64,000 bases of DNA from Botryllus schlosseri (lineage: Eukaryota): NCBI GenBank assembly GCA_051294905.1, contig CM119372.1, forward strand, positions 40,240,001 to 40,304,000. Reading direction: 5' to 3'. This document shows, in pieces, positions 1 to 14,566 of this stretch. A model generated the notes under the pieces. That model worked only from the letters and a program-made list of their open reading frames with translations, made no database searches and was not told the origin of the DNA. Numbering within the stretch: the stretch's first letter is position 1; every line of letters begins with the position of its first letter. The translations under genes and the position numbers were made by a program.

Positions 1-394
1 AGTTCCATACTCTCGGTTCACTTACTGACTAAAATGTTCCTACCATCATTTGTGACATTGGAGATAAACATTGGCATCAGTGCATTTTGGCAAAATGCAA
101 TTCAACAGATAAGGATTCTCAAACAACTAGTGAACAAATAGGGACCTGATTTTGCTAGCAATGACATGAAATCAGACATGAGGGCTGTAGCAATAACTAA
201 GAACTCGTACGCTCGCAGTAAAGCGTCGCCAGAAGGGCAAAATAATGAGATTGCCTTTGCTGACAATGCTAGCCTTATGGAGGCCAAAGTCACTCTGGCC
301 AACCGTCCACAAGGAAACGGTAAAGCGGTGAGAATCGTCCATTTTGCTTAGCCGGAGATGGCAGTAGTTCGGGGCTTGGTATATGGTGCTAGAA

Positions 395-1315
395 CAGTGG
401 TCGGGAACCTTTTTTGTCCGAAGATAAAATTGGCCCTATTTCTTACATCTTAACTGCCAAAGAGCCATATATGCCAATCAACTGTTACGTCACAATTGAA
501 AATTCGTGACGTCATGGTAGCACTAATTCGATCTGACTACATGGGATTGCTCGTGTGCGTCATATTTTCTCTGTAAAAACTGGTATTTATTGTTCGAAAA
601 TAAAGTTTGAAACGAGAGGTAAGGCACAGACAGGCTATGCAAGCCTCACCATTGATAACGCAATTCATCGTAAGTAGCTTAGAATTTATTATAACTGATT
701 TTAATCGAATGTGACTGTCACACTGATTCCAAAAATCTAAATACTTATCGACTTCTCAAAGTCTTCGGCGGTATAACGTAACGTCGCGCTACAGGCATAT
801 ATTTTACCGCCTGTACTACACAGAGCTATACTTACCAATCAAGAACGTGGATGGCTATGGCGTTGTTTGTAATTCGAGTTTGTAATTGTGAATGTCACAT
901 CCACACCAGTTCATTTCGCGCCGTGGATCAAAAAGACAAGGTGCATTTGAAAACTGCGTTTTGAAATGGGCGCCGCCATGTTCTTTGATTAATCAACGTA
1001 TCGCACAATGCAAGATTTCGAGTCGGGTACACATAATTCGCAAGTGATATTGGCCGACGGCGTGACAGTAACTTAAATTAGATAATTTTGAAATGAGGGG
1101 CTCGAGCCCCTAAACTTGAAGATGGCATTTTCTTTACCTCTCAAGGACATGTTTATACTGCCACGAGAATAATTATTCTGGCCGTGATGAAAATTTACCA
1201 AAAAGTCGCTGCAATATTGAACAATTCAGCACAAAAATAAATATTTGGCAAAGAGCCATATCTTATACCCAAAAGAGCCATATATGGCTCGCGAGCCATA
1301 GGTTCCCGACCACTG
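395..1315. mobile_element. Non-autonomous hAT (Charlie/Buster-type) element
   Basis: TIR CAGTGGTCGGGAACC / GGTTCCCGACCACTG; TSD tgctagaa / tgctagag. Confidence 0.85.
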
Positions 1316-4300
1316 TGCTAGAGAGTGACATTTTAGGGTTTCGATCGTAATTAATTATGTTCATGATGGTGTATATCCATGAGATTTTTCGGTAGTGAGT
1401 CTGCTGAGTCGAGGTAAAATTGCCTTGTCCAGATAAACGTGCTACCACAGAGAGTCGTTGACAGTCTTTCGCCCCGTATGCCGTGGATTTAACCGACCAT
1501 GTCAAGTCAAATAATATTATTCTCTTCGACAATATCGAGAGAAGGAGTGTTTGGGAGTCGAACCAAGCACCTTGTCGTGCTACCTTCCTGAATGCTGATT
1601 GTTCACTACCACCAGACGTAGGCTACTCTGGCTACTACGGATACAATGCGCCGCATGAAAACACCTGGAACAGCTATACCTGGCCAATGGCCATACACAA
1701 AACCAGTGCCGAAAAGGCACTTCGTCAGTCAACCCCCCGAAAAACGTTAGTCTTGGGCCCCACAGCTAGATGGATGCTTTCACCACTGCTTGAGAGCACA
1801 TCCGTTCTACTAAGTGCCGGCAGAGAGTTTACGTAGCCTAATCGCTAGAAGCGTGGAAATTTTCTATAATTCATGACCGAATCCGTCAATAATATTGGTG
1901 ATTGCGTAGACATTGCTACATTTTATCCTATCAGAATCAGATTCTCCGGTAGAGCTGAGTGAGGTGTCGTGTTGGAAAATTTATGGCATGTAATCAAATG
2001 AAACATATTCGGGCTGGACTGTTGCAATAATTACATGCATGTCATTAATTCATGACCTACTGTCTGTTATAAAGCGAATAGGTATTGAAATCGCCCATGC
2101 GTACTAAGCTAAAAGAAGCACACGATTCCAAATTGCTATTTCTTCACTGGAAAATAACTTTTCTCTGTGGGATGGCGTTTTTGATGTGGGTACAGTACAG
2201 GGAAATTCGGCTCCAGTCATTTAGGTGCCTATGGACATATGGACACATTTGACATATTTACATCGAGGTTTTTGGTCTACAAAGGGCAGTTATTTTCGGC
2301 CAAGGTTTTGTCGCTGCCAAATTTTTGGCACACTTTTCGCAGTCTTGTGTTAGCCCAAATTTCATCGTGCATTGGTGCGTCGTGGCGCGGCAATGGCTGA
2401 CGCCGAAAATGCCTGATCACTAGGGCGATTTTTTTTGACCTAAAAAACGGATGATTTTGACCTAAAAAATCGAAATTTTGACTTTTTTTTACCTAAAAAA
2501 ACTGAAATTTGACCAAATTTTGACCTCACGTATGCAAATTAGGTGTTTTCGCACATAATGTTAAAATTGTACTACTTATCTTCATTTCCGGTTGGAACTG
2601 TCTGTCCTTACACAGTAGATTGGCCTGAAAGAACGTTTTTGGCTAAAAAACTGACACATTTTTACATGAAAAAACTAGTATTTTAACGAAATCTGGCCCT
2701 ATGAAGAATTGCAGTAGTTACATTACGTACACTGTAAAAAATAAAGGTGGGTTTTTGGCTAAAATTGAGGTGGAAACGATAATTCCTCCTTTCACAAGAG
2801 GTAGGAACATGGTATACACCTCTGAAGAAGGTGAAGTACGTCTTCCCACCTCCGACAATAGATCATCCACCTCCAAAAACCCTCCTATAAAGTGATATAC
2901 GATACATCACTTTATAAGGAGGGTTTTGGGAGGTGGAAGATGTATTTTCGCGCGAGATCATATAATGCATCACCTGATAATGAATCTGAATGCGAATGCA
3001 TAATTGTAAAAGACCTCCATCTGTAGTTTATCATGATCACGCACGATTCAACAATGCTGAAGAGACTTTATTACACGTCCGTCCGCCGAAGCGGTCAGCA
3101 GCAAAAGCGGAAGTGAAAGCACGATGCGATGATACTACAACTGACGTAAGGAGCAGTATAGAACACAGCTGCTACACTATTCCGATCGAACTTGAGAAGT
3201 GCCTATAGCAGCAGTCTCACAAAATACCATAAAAAAGTTAAAAATCATCAACAAAACCGCAAACACGGGCATGACCGCACTACATTAGCAGAACACTAGC
3301 CCTAAACTAACATCAATGAACAAATTCCCCAAACTAAAACCATAACAACGCCGTGCCACATCATGGGGAGAATTACCGCACCGGGAGAGACACAAGCTCC
3401 ATCCCTTCCACGCGCGCTTACATCAGATCCGCCAGTGAAACAGTTATTATGAAGTGAAGCAGCCAGTCAAGTCTTCAAACTTCTCATATTGATGCAAAAC
3501 TGCTTCTTCAATCGGTTCAGATAGCCAATGCCGTAATCGAATTTCCACCAATCTTTCAGCATGCCGTTACTGTCCAGGAATCTTGAGAATTGCAGCCAAA
3601 TGAGATGATTTGATGAGATGATTTCAGAGATGGGCGGATTTGGGGAATCTGTATCCGTCCTGATCCAACAGTCAAATAGGATTTCGGAGTCCGACAGCTG
3701 AGTAACAAAATTAGGATCCGAAAAAAATCCTGCTACCCCGCAAACAAGATCACGCGCCTGTCACGTTACGATTACGTTAACTATGGAACGTTGAACGTTT
3801 GGCGCTCACGTTACCATTGCGACATTCTGTGAACAAAAGGTAGCGATGAGCTGACGTTTCTGATGACGTAATTGAAACGACACCTTAACCACGTTGGTCC
3901 TGACCACGTTGCTAAATGCTGCCTTTCAAATTAGAGCTCTTAATGCAATAATACCGAGTCACAATACTTCAGGAACAATGAGTTTATTGCCAATAAAAGA
4001 TAACAAGTCGTTAGGCCCAGTTCTACACACAGTCATAAATGGCGCAAAGAGTGGAAGGCAAGCATTGTGCAAAATATTCCAACACCAATATTGCAATTTT
4101 GTATAATTGAGGTACTGAGCTCGGAGGTATAATTAATATTACAGAATACATGCAATCAAACAAAAATCACAGGACTAACATATCAAGGTATAACCAACAT
4201 AGCAATATACTACGACGTCAATAATTCAAATATCAGACACACTTTCATATTAACCAGAGGTGTTAAACTAAGTACCGTTGATTTTAGTACTCGGGTTTGG

Positions 4301-4962
4301 CTACTTGGCACTACTTACTCTAGAGGTGATGTTATACCACTTCTACTTCACGTGCTATTAGGAAAAACTATACAGACTTTTTCATTTCGGATTTTGTATG
4401 TTTAAATTAGTTTTGTGAAATACGGTTGTCGTTCTCACAATGACTTATCACAATTTAATCAGTATAACAACAATAATGTCAGCAACTGAATTTATATATT
4501 CTCGAAAAGTCGACGTAGCATCATATTAGTCACTAACACTAAAGCAACAATTTCAAAAGTGGCTAAAAGTGCTAAAAGAATGCGACACCTGGTCCGAATC
4601 GAAGTTTTCAGACTACCAGCTCAAGTACTTTCAATGCCTTCATTTTCAACTACTAGTTTTAAGTACCAAGTAAATTTAACATGCCTTGGATATTGCAGTT
4701 CTACTTTTGCAACAACGCTTTACCCCCTTAGACAGCAGAGCTACGACAAATTTGACTAGCAATTATTGTTGGATTTTACCTAGATGTGTCTAGATAGACA
4801 GGACATTAGTAATGGAGAAGCAGGGACACTTGAAGAAACACTTGGCAGCAAGCTAATGGCAAGATATTGATACATAAAAAATGAAGAAACTGCGTAGCCG
4901 GTGTTAGCACCATCACAAGTAAAATCTTTAAACACTTTACCGTGAGCCAATTTACGATACTG

Positions 4963-5348
4963 TAGGGTTACCATATTTTGGGAATCTGAAAAGAGGACAC
5001 TTAATAAAAATTTCCGGACTTACAATACAGCAGTAACATCCGGTAAAATTGGTAGACATTTTGCGAGTTTGTAGTTTGTTGACTGTAAGAAGGTCATCTT
5101 TCCGACTCGACTTCCGAATTACACACTTTCTATGAATATTCATTTAGATGACTAAAACAAAAGGCCGTTTTTCTGGCACAACTCCTGTAAGACCCACCTA
5201 ACCGGTACTTGAGCTTGCTTTATCGCAGTTAAATTTAACATACATCTACGCAAAATTTTCAAAACGTGGACAATGACATTTGGGCGTCCTGCTAGGACAC
5301 TTTAAAAAAGGACAAATCCCCTTTCAAAGAGGACATATGGTAACCCTA
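4963..5348. mobile_element. hAT MITE, TAGGGTTACC ends
   Basis: TIR TAGGGTTACCATAT; TSD cgatactg / cgatattg; AGGAC subterminal repeats. Confidence 0.85.
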
Positions 5349-6317
5349 CGATATTGACAAATAAAGAAATGAAAAACTGCGTAGCCGATGTCAGCAAAAT
5401 CACTTATTTACAGGTTTTCTAAGTACAAATATAAATGAGCAAAGGTAGCAGGAATGTCATTCTTAGTTAAATGCAGGCAATTACACCAGTACATGGTGCC
5501 TGGATGTCCGCTGTTCACCTTATAAGGTGGCACTTGGATGCAAGAACTGTATGACGTCTTCTTTGAGACTATTAAACGTAACTTTCAAGCTCACTAGTCC
5601 ACCTCTTTCTTCTCATCAAAGCACACCATCTATCATTCCTGAAATCAAGAAGTCACAGTTGGTAAGTCAGAAATAGATGACTAGCTAGAACAATATCACA
5701 TCAATTTAATGTACAAGAGCTGTGTTGGAACAGCTAAACAAAACAAAAAAACAGAATCCCATGCTGAGAATATGTAAGAAATGGTGTTGCGGGATCAACA
5801 GTGTTAAATTTCTCACTATTTCAATCTGGATGATTTCACGAGTCCCATTAAAACCAAGTTTGAAAAATGCATACCTCATCCACAGCGAATTCTTCACTAG
5901 TAGTGCGTCCATCCTGTGGTGTTGATGATTGCTGCAACGTCCATCCTGTCGTGTTGATGATTGCTGCAAGAAGTTCATTGTTATATTCTAGGTCATGGTA
6001 GGACAGTAAACCTATACGAAGAACTTGTAATAAAAATCCAATGTATTTAATCCTGTTCAGCAGAATTACTTTAGACAAGCAAGCACCATGCAACTACTAT
6101 CCAGAGGGCATATAAACAAAGGAGAGTAGATCACAGAACACAGGGTATAAATACAAAGCAAGGCACACGAGAAAATGATGATTGTTACTAAATAAGATAT
6201 GACACCAACATGAATGCGCATCATAACAATAATTGTAATTTAATGCACCAGCACCTATGACTGATTTTTTTTTTATAGCCGAGGGATATCAGAATGATTA
6301 ACCAACAGCAAACTGTA

Positions 6318-8225
6318 CCTTCTTGAGATAATGAGGGTAGGACTTGAAGACTTCACCGATGTGCGTTTCTCTTTCTCCGTTACTTTGCTGTGGGTCTTTC
6401 TGCATATAGCTACAAGAAGATAGGGTTGGAGCTAAGTTAATTACACCTTGTACTGTCTGGGAGCGTTGCTCTAACTTCAATACTCACATATCATTTCATG
6501 GTCTTTGAAGCGATGCTTATGCTTTCCTTTTTGTCCATCTTTGGAATACTGAGCAAGTAGAAACTTGGTTGCAATTTTGTCCCACACGCCTCGAATTGTA
6601 GCAGTCACAGTTTGTCCACCAACCAACGACAAATATACGATACCTGGAAAACCAAGAAATCCAGAAAAAATCATAAAAACAGGTGGCAACAGCACTCTGT
6701 CAAATTATATCATGACCAATTCTAGTTGTAACAGTATTTTTACAGTGAATGAAAAACTACACCGAGAGTCATTTAACTTGATCAGCTGGGAAAAAATGTT
6801 AGCAATTGTATATCGAAAATTAATGGGTTTGGTAATTATAACAGCTACTTACTGCGGCAACTTTTGCTCCCCCTGCTGAAGTTCCTCATCTATGCCTTTT
6901 AATTCATCAACACTAGTTGCAGGTTTCTTGATTAAATACTCAAAATTCTGCGTGCTTGACTGCGATTGCATACGTTTTCCAACATCTTGTCGAACGAGAT
7001 ACGCTTGATTTTTATCTACTTTCTCCGAGATAGTTCGCACACAAATCAAGATTTTCTTCATGATTTCTAAATAAAATTAAAAGTCATCTATACCGCACAT
7101 TAAAATCATCAATTATTGTGTAACGACATGGCCATGAATGTCTCAAAGCTCGACCCCTTATAATATAAATTTGAGTTCTGGGAAGCGTAATACGTAAAAG
7201 TGAATCAAATGCCACTACCTATAAAAATATGAATCTCAGAACGTACCGTCATCCGAATAGCCGTTTCGCCTGTGGAATACACTGTCGGTAGACATTTCGA
7301 ACGAAGAGCAACCTAAAATAAATAAATAATAATTGATAATGAATATTTGATAATTTTACAAAGCAAGTTAACACCTCAGGAGAAGAAAATGTTGAACAAA
7401 CCTTTAAAAGTTGTCTCTACTTGGTGCCTCTCGGGACGTCTTGGTGTTGAGGTGACTATAGAAAGAAATACATCGTCACATATCGAATTATTTTTCAAAT
7501 TGTAATTCAACAGACCTGCCCGCTTTTTCTTGGATAGGAACTGCGAAGTTCGCTTCGAAGTTGAGGCAGACAATGGTTGAGAATGAATATGGCAGACAAT
7601 GGTTGAGAATGAATATAAGTATCAGCAGGAACTGCTTCATTGTCAGAATCATCAATATCTGCAGAAAATACAAGTTGGAATGACACTAACACTATGGAAA
7701 TGGATAAACAATTTATAATAAATACATAATAATTTTACAAAGCAAGCAACATCTCGGGAGTACAAAATGTTAAACAAACCTTCCAAAATCATCTCTACGT
7801 GGTGCCTCTCGGGACGTCGTTGTGTTGAGGTGACTGAAGAAAGCAATACATAGTCACGTATCGAATTATTTTTCAGATTGTAATTAAACAGACCTCCCCG
7901 CTTTTTCTTGGATAGGAACTGCGAAGTTTGCTTCGAAGTTGAGGCAGACACAATGAAACATCAGATAACATAATTGTTGGGCGGTCATCCGTGTCCGAGC
8001 TCTCATAGGGAGTTGAATCAGAATGAGTGGCAGGAACAGCCGTTTCTGCATGCAATGGAGTGACATCCTCAAATTGATCCAACATTGTACTGTTACGGCC
8101 ATCTGTTGATAAAGTAATTCATGTATTAAAGCAGGCATGAGAATGATGAAATGTTTACTTGGACTGGGAGCTATTGTAAGAATGAGCAGAAGATTTCATC
8201 TTATTGGCTGGGAGAAAAGAGCTTG
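6318..8225 (-). pseudogene. Decayed multi-exon gene with DUF4806/BEN-like C-terminal domain
   Basis: Exon-like blocks with ag/gt borders at 6853-7066 (KKPATSVDELKGIDEELQ) and 6488-6643 (YLSLVGGQTVTATIRGVWDKIATKFLLAQYSKDGQKGKHKHRFKD); phases do not match (frameshift); family recognised from memory only. Confidence 0.5.
7335..7955. repeat. Diverged direct duplication of a ~230-bp exon/intron unit (about 7335-7575 and 7725-7955)
   Basis: Near-identical blocks; paired ORFs MSASTSKRTSQF / MSASTSKQTSQF in the ORF track. Confidence 0.85.
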
Positions 8226-8267
8226 ATTCTAAAATTGACATCACACAAACATTATGATGCCAATACC

Positions 8268-8628
8268 CCAGAGTGGAATCGGTGGCAACGGCACGCGCAA
8301 CGTCACGCGAGCATTTATATCTGATCACGCCGATTAATGAATTATCATGACGTCACAAAGCGATAACAAAGTCCAGATCCAGAATAAGGCTTGCGCTTTA
8401 CAATGAACTCAAGCAAGCGTGGCATTTGAGTAACAACGAATATACGGCGTAGCCCTAGTCCGGCGTATACCAGGTCTATTTTAGCGCATTGTGTCGTTTA
8501 ATAAGTAATTCAGTATTGAATCAGAGCGAAAAATATTTCCGTCACGCGGATGAAATTTTCCAATCACGCGAGAAATCTGTCTGTCACGCACAACATGTTG
8601 TCGAAAACAACCACCGATTCCAGTCTGG
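8268..8628. mobile_element. MITE with TCACGCG subterminal motifs
   Basis: TIR CCAGAGTGGAATCGGTGG / CCACCGATTCCAGTCTGG; TSD ccaatacc. Confidence 0.8.
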
Positions 8629-11551
8629 CCAATACCATGTGATTCATGAAACTCAAATCCAAAACTGAATAAAATTAAACACTTACTTGATACTGGTCTA
8701 TTAATATCTTCAAACTGTAAAATTTCATCCTTTTTGTTAGTTCAAGCCTGCTTGATTAACCTGGTCGCAGCAGTCCATCTCCTTCTATAAGCTACGGTAA
8801 TCGGTGTCTTTTTCGACATTTAGGCATACTGAACTGTAGCTGCTTCAATAGAGTAGAAAATTATTGAACCTATTAGAGTCCACGGTTTGCTGTGTGCATA
8901 TCACGACCTCATGATCAATAGAAATCTGCATTCTACCAAACACTAATATTTTTGACATGTTCACAAGGAACACTGATTGGTGATGGTCAGACATGTCATT
9001 GTGGATAAGGAAGCATACTTGCACATGCCATCAATTAATAAGGAACAGATGAATACTATACTCGAGAAATCACGCATGTAACTACGGCTGACGATATGAC
9101 CGACAGAAAACTACGGTCTATCAAGTAACTGTATGCCTGAACTATGTTTTTATACGAAGCATAATTATAAATTAGCATGCAAAGTTCAGTTTTCGGCACT
9201 CCGCTATAGCTATGTTCTTGCTTCAACATCAGTTAACCGCGATTAATCCGCGAATTCAACTAACACCGCACCCTCAACTACGATTGTAAGACCTCGCGCT
9301 GTTGTCTGGCGGCATCACACGTGCGCGGCGGGCGAGCTGATGTTCGTGTAGGAAAAAAATGCCCTACGTCACTCGGCGACATCGTGCCGGCTGTATCCCA
9401 ACGCGACACGCGTCTGTGTATAATGCAATATGAAGTGTCGGGTATGTGCGCATGTAGTATTTTCGTTGTCGGTAATCAGTGAACTGGGTCTGAATGCTAC
9501 AATTGCAATAAAATGACAACATGATGCGTGTATCGTCAAGATGAGAATGTTTGCATGCCATGTCGGGCAGTAGCGAATTACATGTTTGCCACCTCCAGAT
9601 GACATACGCGATAATACGTCATGATAACACTCCCCCTGCAGTTTAGTTCGTATTAATTCAAGTCCCCATGCCTCACAGCTTAAATTGATCATGAAAATAC
9701 ATAACCCATATTCCCATCGTTATTTTGAACATCTTTTTGAAACTTTTGTAAACGTTTGAAAGCCGTGTCAAACGTTTACTATTTGCGGGGTATTGCTTTA
9801 GTGCTATTTCACATAAATATAGCCTGCAAAACAGATATGAACATTATAATCAAAAAATTAGTATCAACAAATGCCTTACAAGGGTTTATATATATTACAT
9901 TTCAAATCAATAATCTTAGGTACGGTATATATTTTGAATATAAATGCAAGTGGTAGGAACTAGCCAGAGAAACTAAGATAAAAAGACTGCGAGAACAGAG
10001 AAAGCAATATTAGTTGCTTAATGGAGAGTTAACATAAGTAAACCAGGCATGCCATGATGCATTGCTGATGCCAACAACAAAATTAAATATTGTGTTACTG
10101 TGACTTGGCCAAGACCACTAGGCCTCCTACCATAATACTCCTGAAGAATGATACTAAATTTTCACAAGAAGTAAGCAGTCACAGAACAGCCATATATCAA
10201 ACAAAATGGATGAATCAATCAAAATTATCACTTGATAAAGCAGCACAGCAATGAATAGGAAATATAAATAGTATTATATAACCAGCATGATGATGTGCGC
10301 AATCAATCAGAGAGTACCGGTAGTTCTTCAGTTCCAGTGTGTTTCCGAAATCATAAACATGACCAATTGACCATGCCAGCATATATTCATACATTACCTC
10401 ACCACACAATCATTCCAAATGACAGCAGAAATCAGAACCACCAGTTACGGTACCTCTGCAACAACACGGACACCTCGCTCTTCTGTCATCCTGACAACTG
10501 ATATCAAGTAACCTAATGGCTGATGAACATGCAGTATAAGAATCAATGTCTGATGAACAACTGAATTCGAAAACAAACACTTCTGCAGCTCGCTTGCAGG
10601 AACCTGCCGTCGTCCTCGTTCAGCATTCATCATCACATCACTGCACAGAAACTTAATTATCTTGCTTACGCATTTCAAAGACGTGACTGGTATCAGCGGT
10701 TTCAACGTTGTCATATATTCCCGAAACCAGCCTGGGCTTGATCCATAGCAATGAATGCATTTAACTACGAAAATAATATCGAATAATATATACTAAATTA
10801 ATGCAACGCATCAGTTACTTGCGCGGCGATTCCGTGAAGTCAGCTGAGTTTCCGCGGGAACCACATTCTCAACGGACCCCGTTCAACCATCGAGTTTCAT
10901 AAACACCGATTTACTTATGGTTCGACTTGCATCTTACTATCCTTTTCAGTCAATTTCTAGTCTGTACTCAATAATGATAGTTATAATATTTATTTAGTGT
11001 ACTAAGTAGTAATTCGAACACAAAAAGCGAAGATTCTAATATCTCATGCTGACTGATCAGCCATGTCGGTTACGCTTTAATTAATAAGCGTCCGAACCTC
11101 GAAGCAGACAGATCGAAGAGACCGCGTTGGCGACGCATGTCTTCTCCTCTTGAATTTCATTATGAAGATTATTCTTATGACTTGTGCTTTTTCTTACTAC
11201 ACAGACAATAGTTGTACGTTTTTAAATATGAACCGCTTCTTCCTGTTAAGGAATGCGGTATGAACGCATTCTTTTCTCGCCAGCATAAACCCGTATATAG
11301 TTGCTCAACTGTTCCTGTCGTTGTCGGCTGTCTGACGATCGGCCGCCATATTGGAGAATGGAGATTACATTACGCCACGTGAAGAAATGGAAGGTGAGAC
11401 GATAATGCACTAATGAATGAATTTTCATGCTTCAAACTTGCCTTTTCAAATCTACATGCTTAAGTCAGAGTGAGCTTTGTTTCAGTTCAGTTGAAATAAT
11501 TGTTCAAAAATTTTAAAAGTAACTGCAATTTATGGTCATTTTCTGATATGT

Positions 11552-12006
11552 TAGGCTTACAATATTTTGGAAATCACATAAGAGGACACTTTTTCAGAAA
11601 TTTGCAACTAGCAAAACCGGAGTAAAATTCTGAAAAACCGGTTAATTTTTCCCACTTTGTGATCGGTTGACTAAAAAAAAAAAAAGGTCATCACGTCTGC
11701 TCAGAACTCAAAATAACGTTTTTACTCCACATTGCTAGGTGGATGACTAAAAAACAAAATAAAAAAAAAGGTCATCTTTTCGCTCAGAGCTAAATTCACC
11801 GTTTTTCACTCCGAAATAGCCGCCGGAGCTTCACTTCTGTGCTAATATGCGGCATATCACTCGCAATTTGCTCTAAATCTGCCTAAATTTTCAAAAAAGA
11901 GGACAAAATCTCAAAAAAGAGGACAAAAGGGCGTCCTCCGAGGACACTTTGTAAAAAGTCAAAAAAGAGGACAAATCCTCTTAAAAGAGGACGTATGGTA
12001 AGCCTA
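11552..12006. mobile_element. hAT MITE, TAGGC/TAGGG ends (family shared with 40634-41066)
   Basis: TIR TAGGCTTAC; TSD tgatatgt / tgatatga; reverse-complement homologue at 40634-41066. Confidence 0.85.
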
Positions 12007-14103
12007 TGATATGAAACCATGCTATATAGTAGATCCAGTAGGGAATTGGTGTACGCAGCACAATTAGGCGACTGGCAGGCTGACTATCACTTGTAGCTGG
12101 GGCTGGGCACAATGATTCGAGTACCCAAACCTGAATCTTGAATTTAGTATTAATTCTTATGATTCGAGTCGAGTAGTAAAATACGATATTTTCGAGTACC
12201 GGTACTGATATTACGCTTCTCTCCACTGAAAGTTACTTTATACCCTAGAATTATAGTTTCGATACTAATTTTCACAGTTGAAGCCTTAAACCTTGATTGG
12301 CGGTATCGTAGCATACGAAACCTATAGTACCAAAGCTACCAAGGTTACTGGACGTAGCATATTTCCGAAGTCATGATCATCCAACAGCATCGTCACCAAG
12401 TCGAATGAAATTGATGAAGTCGAAAAATACCAAAGCATTTTATATGTGATGGATAAAAGGCATTAAATTCTTGGTGGTGGCAGAAACGGTACATATTTCA
12501 TCTTTGACATCTTACATTCTGTTATGACGCCATAATGAGTGATACTTGATTACTTGACCCGACTCGAAGCATATTACGTGATTCAGAATTGAATCACTCA
12601 GGTACTCGATTTTGCCCAGCCCTACTAGTAGCATGAAAAGTTCGACTGGCTCATCAAGGCAAAGTAAAGCCTATAAATTTAAATCTGCTCATTTTTGCTG
12701 CTTCATCTGTTAAAAAAATGATTTGAGGTTCGGTTTGACGAATTTTTCTCCTAATGAAATATTTATTCTGTTTTACTGCATATTTCAAATTTCGACTGCT
12801 TTGCAGAAAAGGGTTTCGTCTTCTGTCCCTGAAGACGAGATGAGCATGATTTCCCCTCAACGCGGAATTGATTGAAAATATGATTGATAGGATGAAGCGC
12901 AGAAGCTGACATCGATGTCCCGAAGACAAAATGATGGATTGTGATTGGTATGTTTTTCTCTTTCTGCTATTATATCTATTACTTTTGTTGTAATAAAGCT
13001 GTTGATTTTGACATAAGCATTGATCTCTTCAAATATTTGTATTGAGTAGGTAATTTCCATCTATAAATTGCCTCTCAGGATATAGGCCTATAAAGCGTTC
13101 TTCAGTCATGTTGCAATTGCACGGCATCAATTTTCGCACTGTTTTTAATCTATACTAATCTGTCATTACGACGCGACGCGTTGACGCACTCCACTCTGCT
13201 GTATTGTAATGAGTTGATGTTGACCTGTATGTATTCAGTGATCAACTTGGACTTATAATATATTTTGTTTTACAGCATCTCAAAATCTAGACCGGATTGT
13301 TTCTATACCTACAATTTTTCATGAAGGATGTGGCAATTTCTTCCAGGTTCAACAGGTACGGATTTTTATAAATATTATAAGTACCTGTTTGCTTAAAATT
13401 TGGGATGGGAAAAACTATTCCACTACTGGCACAAAATCGAGCTTCAACTGTAGTCGAGTTGTGGAGATTCGGAGACGATTTTAAATACTGAAAATTACGT
13501 TTTATATTATCAATTATTGAATTATAGTATCAATACATTTCTGTTAATGTGGTGTATTCAACCTTTTTTAGTGAGGAGCAAACCTAAAACCGGTGTTACA
13601 AGCCCATGCTCCCTTTTCAGCTCGGTCCCACAACCCGCAGCTCTAACTCTGGGTCCGTGAAGCACATCTTTATGGTGTTTGCAGACCTCTAAATTTTTTA
13701 TCTGAATGGTAATATAATTTGTGATTTTCTTAGCTCGGGTAAAGCATCACTTCGGATATTTCTAGGTTATTACAGTGTAGAAGTAGTGATTTCAAATCCA
13801 TGTCAAAGCTACTTCAAGTGGAAGTAGGAAATGAAGGGCTGCAAAGTACTCAAGTAGTTTCGAAAAGTAGATATCAGCAGTTATCCGAGGTTGCTACTTT
13901 GAACTCGCCAAGATGTATATTTGCAACTTGCAAAAAAAGGACTATTGACAAGAGGTGGTTGGCGGTTGCACTATTATTGAGCATGATTTGAACTAAAACT
14001 TTAGGGGTGTCTGCACGGATGCCTTGCCCTGATGTATAAGAAAAGGGGTCCACACCGACAAAAAATTGAGAGCCACTCTACTAAAGGTTACTGTTCACAT
14101 TAG

Positions 14104-14566
14104 CTGATGACTCAAAATGGTCATCACTTCCACCTGGCCAAGTCTGCGTATACATTGGCCTATTTGCTATTTGATATCATATGTTGACTGAAAATAGGAT
14201 CCGCAGTGCCCTGCTGCCGGTATATTTCATAAGCTGAATACTGAAATAACATCAATGTGTGTGTGTGTTAAGTGTATGTTTGACCTGATGCTTCTTTCAC
14301 ATAATAATATATTTCTTCAAGACACCCACATCCGCGTGCCCTACAATTTGCTACGATACAACGAAGAAAGAGTGGACCGTCTGGTTTGATGTTGAGAAGG
14401 TGAAGAATATCGAGAGCTTCCATGAGGCATTTGCAGTGATGCTAGAAATTCATTGGATCTTCGAAATGCAGTTTGTGACTGTCATGTCAGTTTTTCTGGC
14501 GCGTTTGCCAGGTGTAAGAGACATCAGTACTGCAGAGTATGCCAAACTGGATCACATTCGTGACTA
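14104..14566 (+). pseudogene. Decayed gene, last two exons; C-terminus resembles SAMD3-like transposon accessory proteins
   Basis: 14321-14566 reads TPTSACPTICYDTTKKEWTVWFDVEKVKNIESFHEAFAVMLEIHWIFEMQF...IRD*; upstream exon-like block ~14104-14219 has an in-frame TGA. Confidence 0.45.

Noticed and set aside
1..351. Coding fragment (Cys/His pattern CDIGDKHWHQC; 61-66 aa ORFs)
   Set aside because: Interrupted by stops and too short to assign; at most a decayed retroelement ORF1.
3855..3885. Hammerhead ribozyme (CTGATGA...GAAAC)
   Set aside because: No convincing stems II/III or cleavage triplet.
11246..11428. CMC transposase motif (KIHSLVHY)
   Set aside because: Flanking residues do not continue any transposase pattern.
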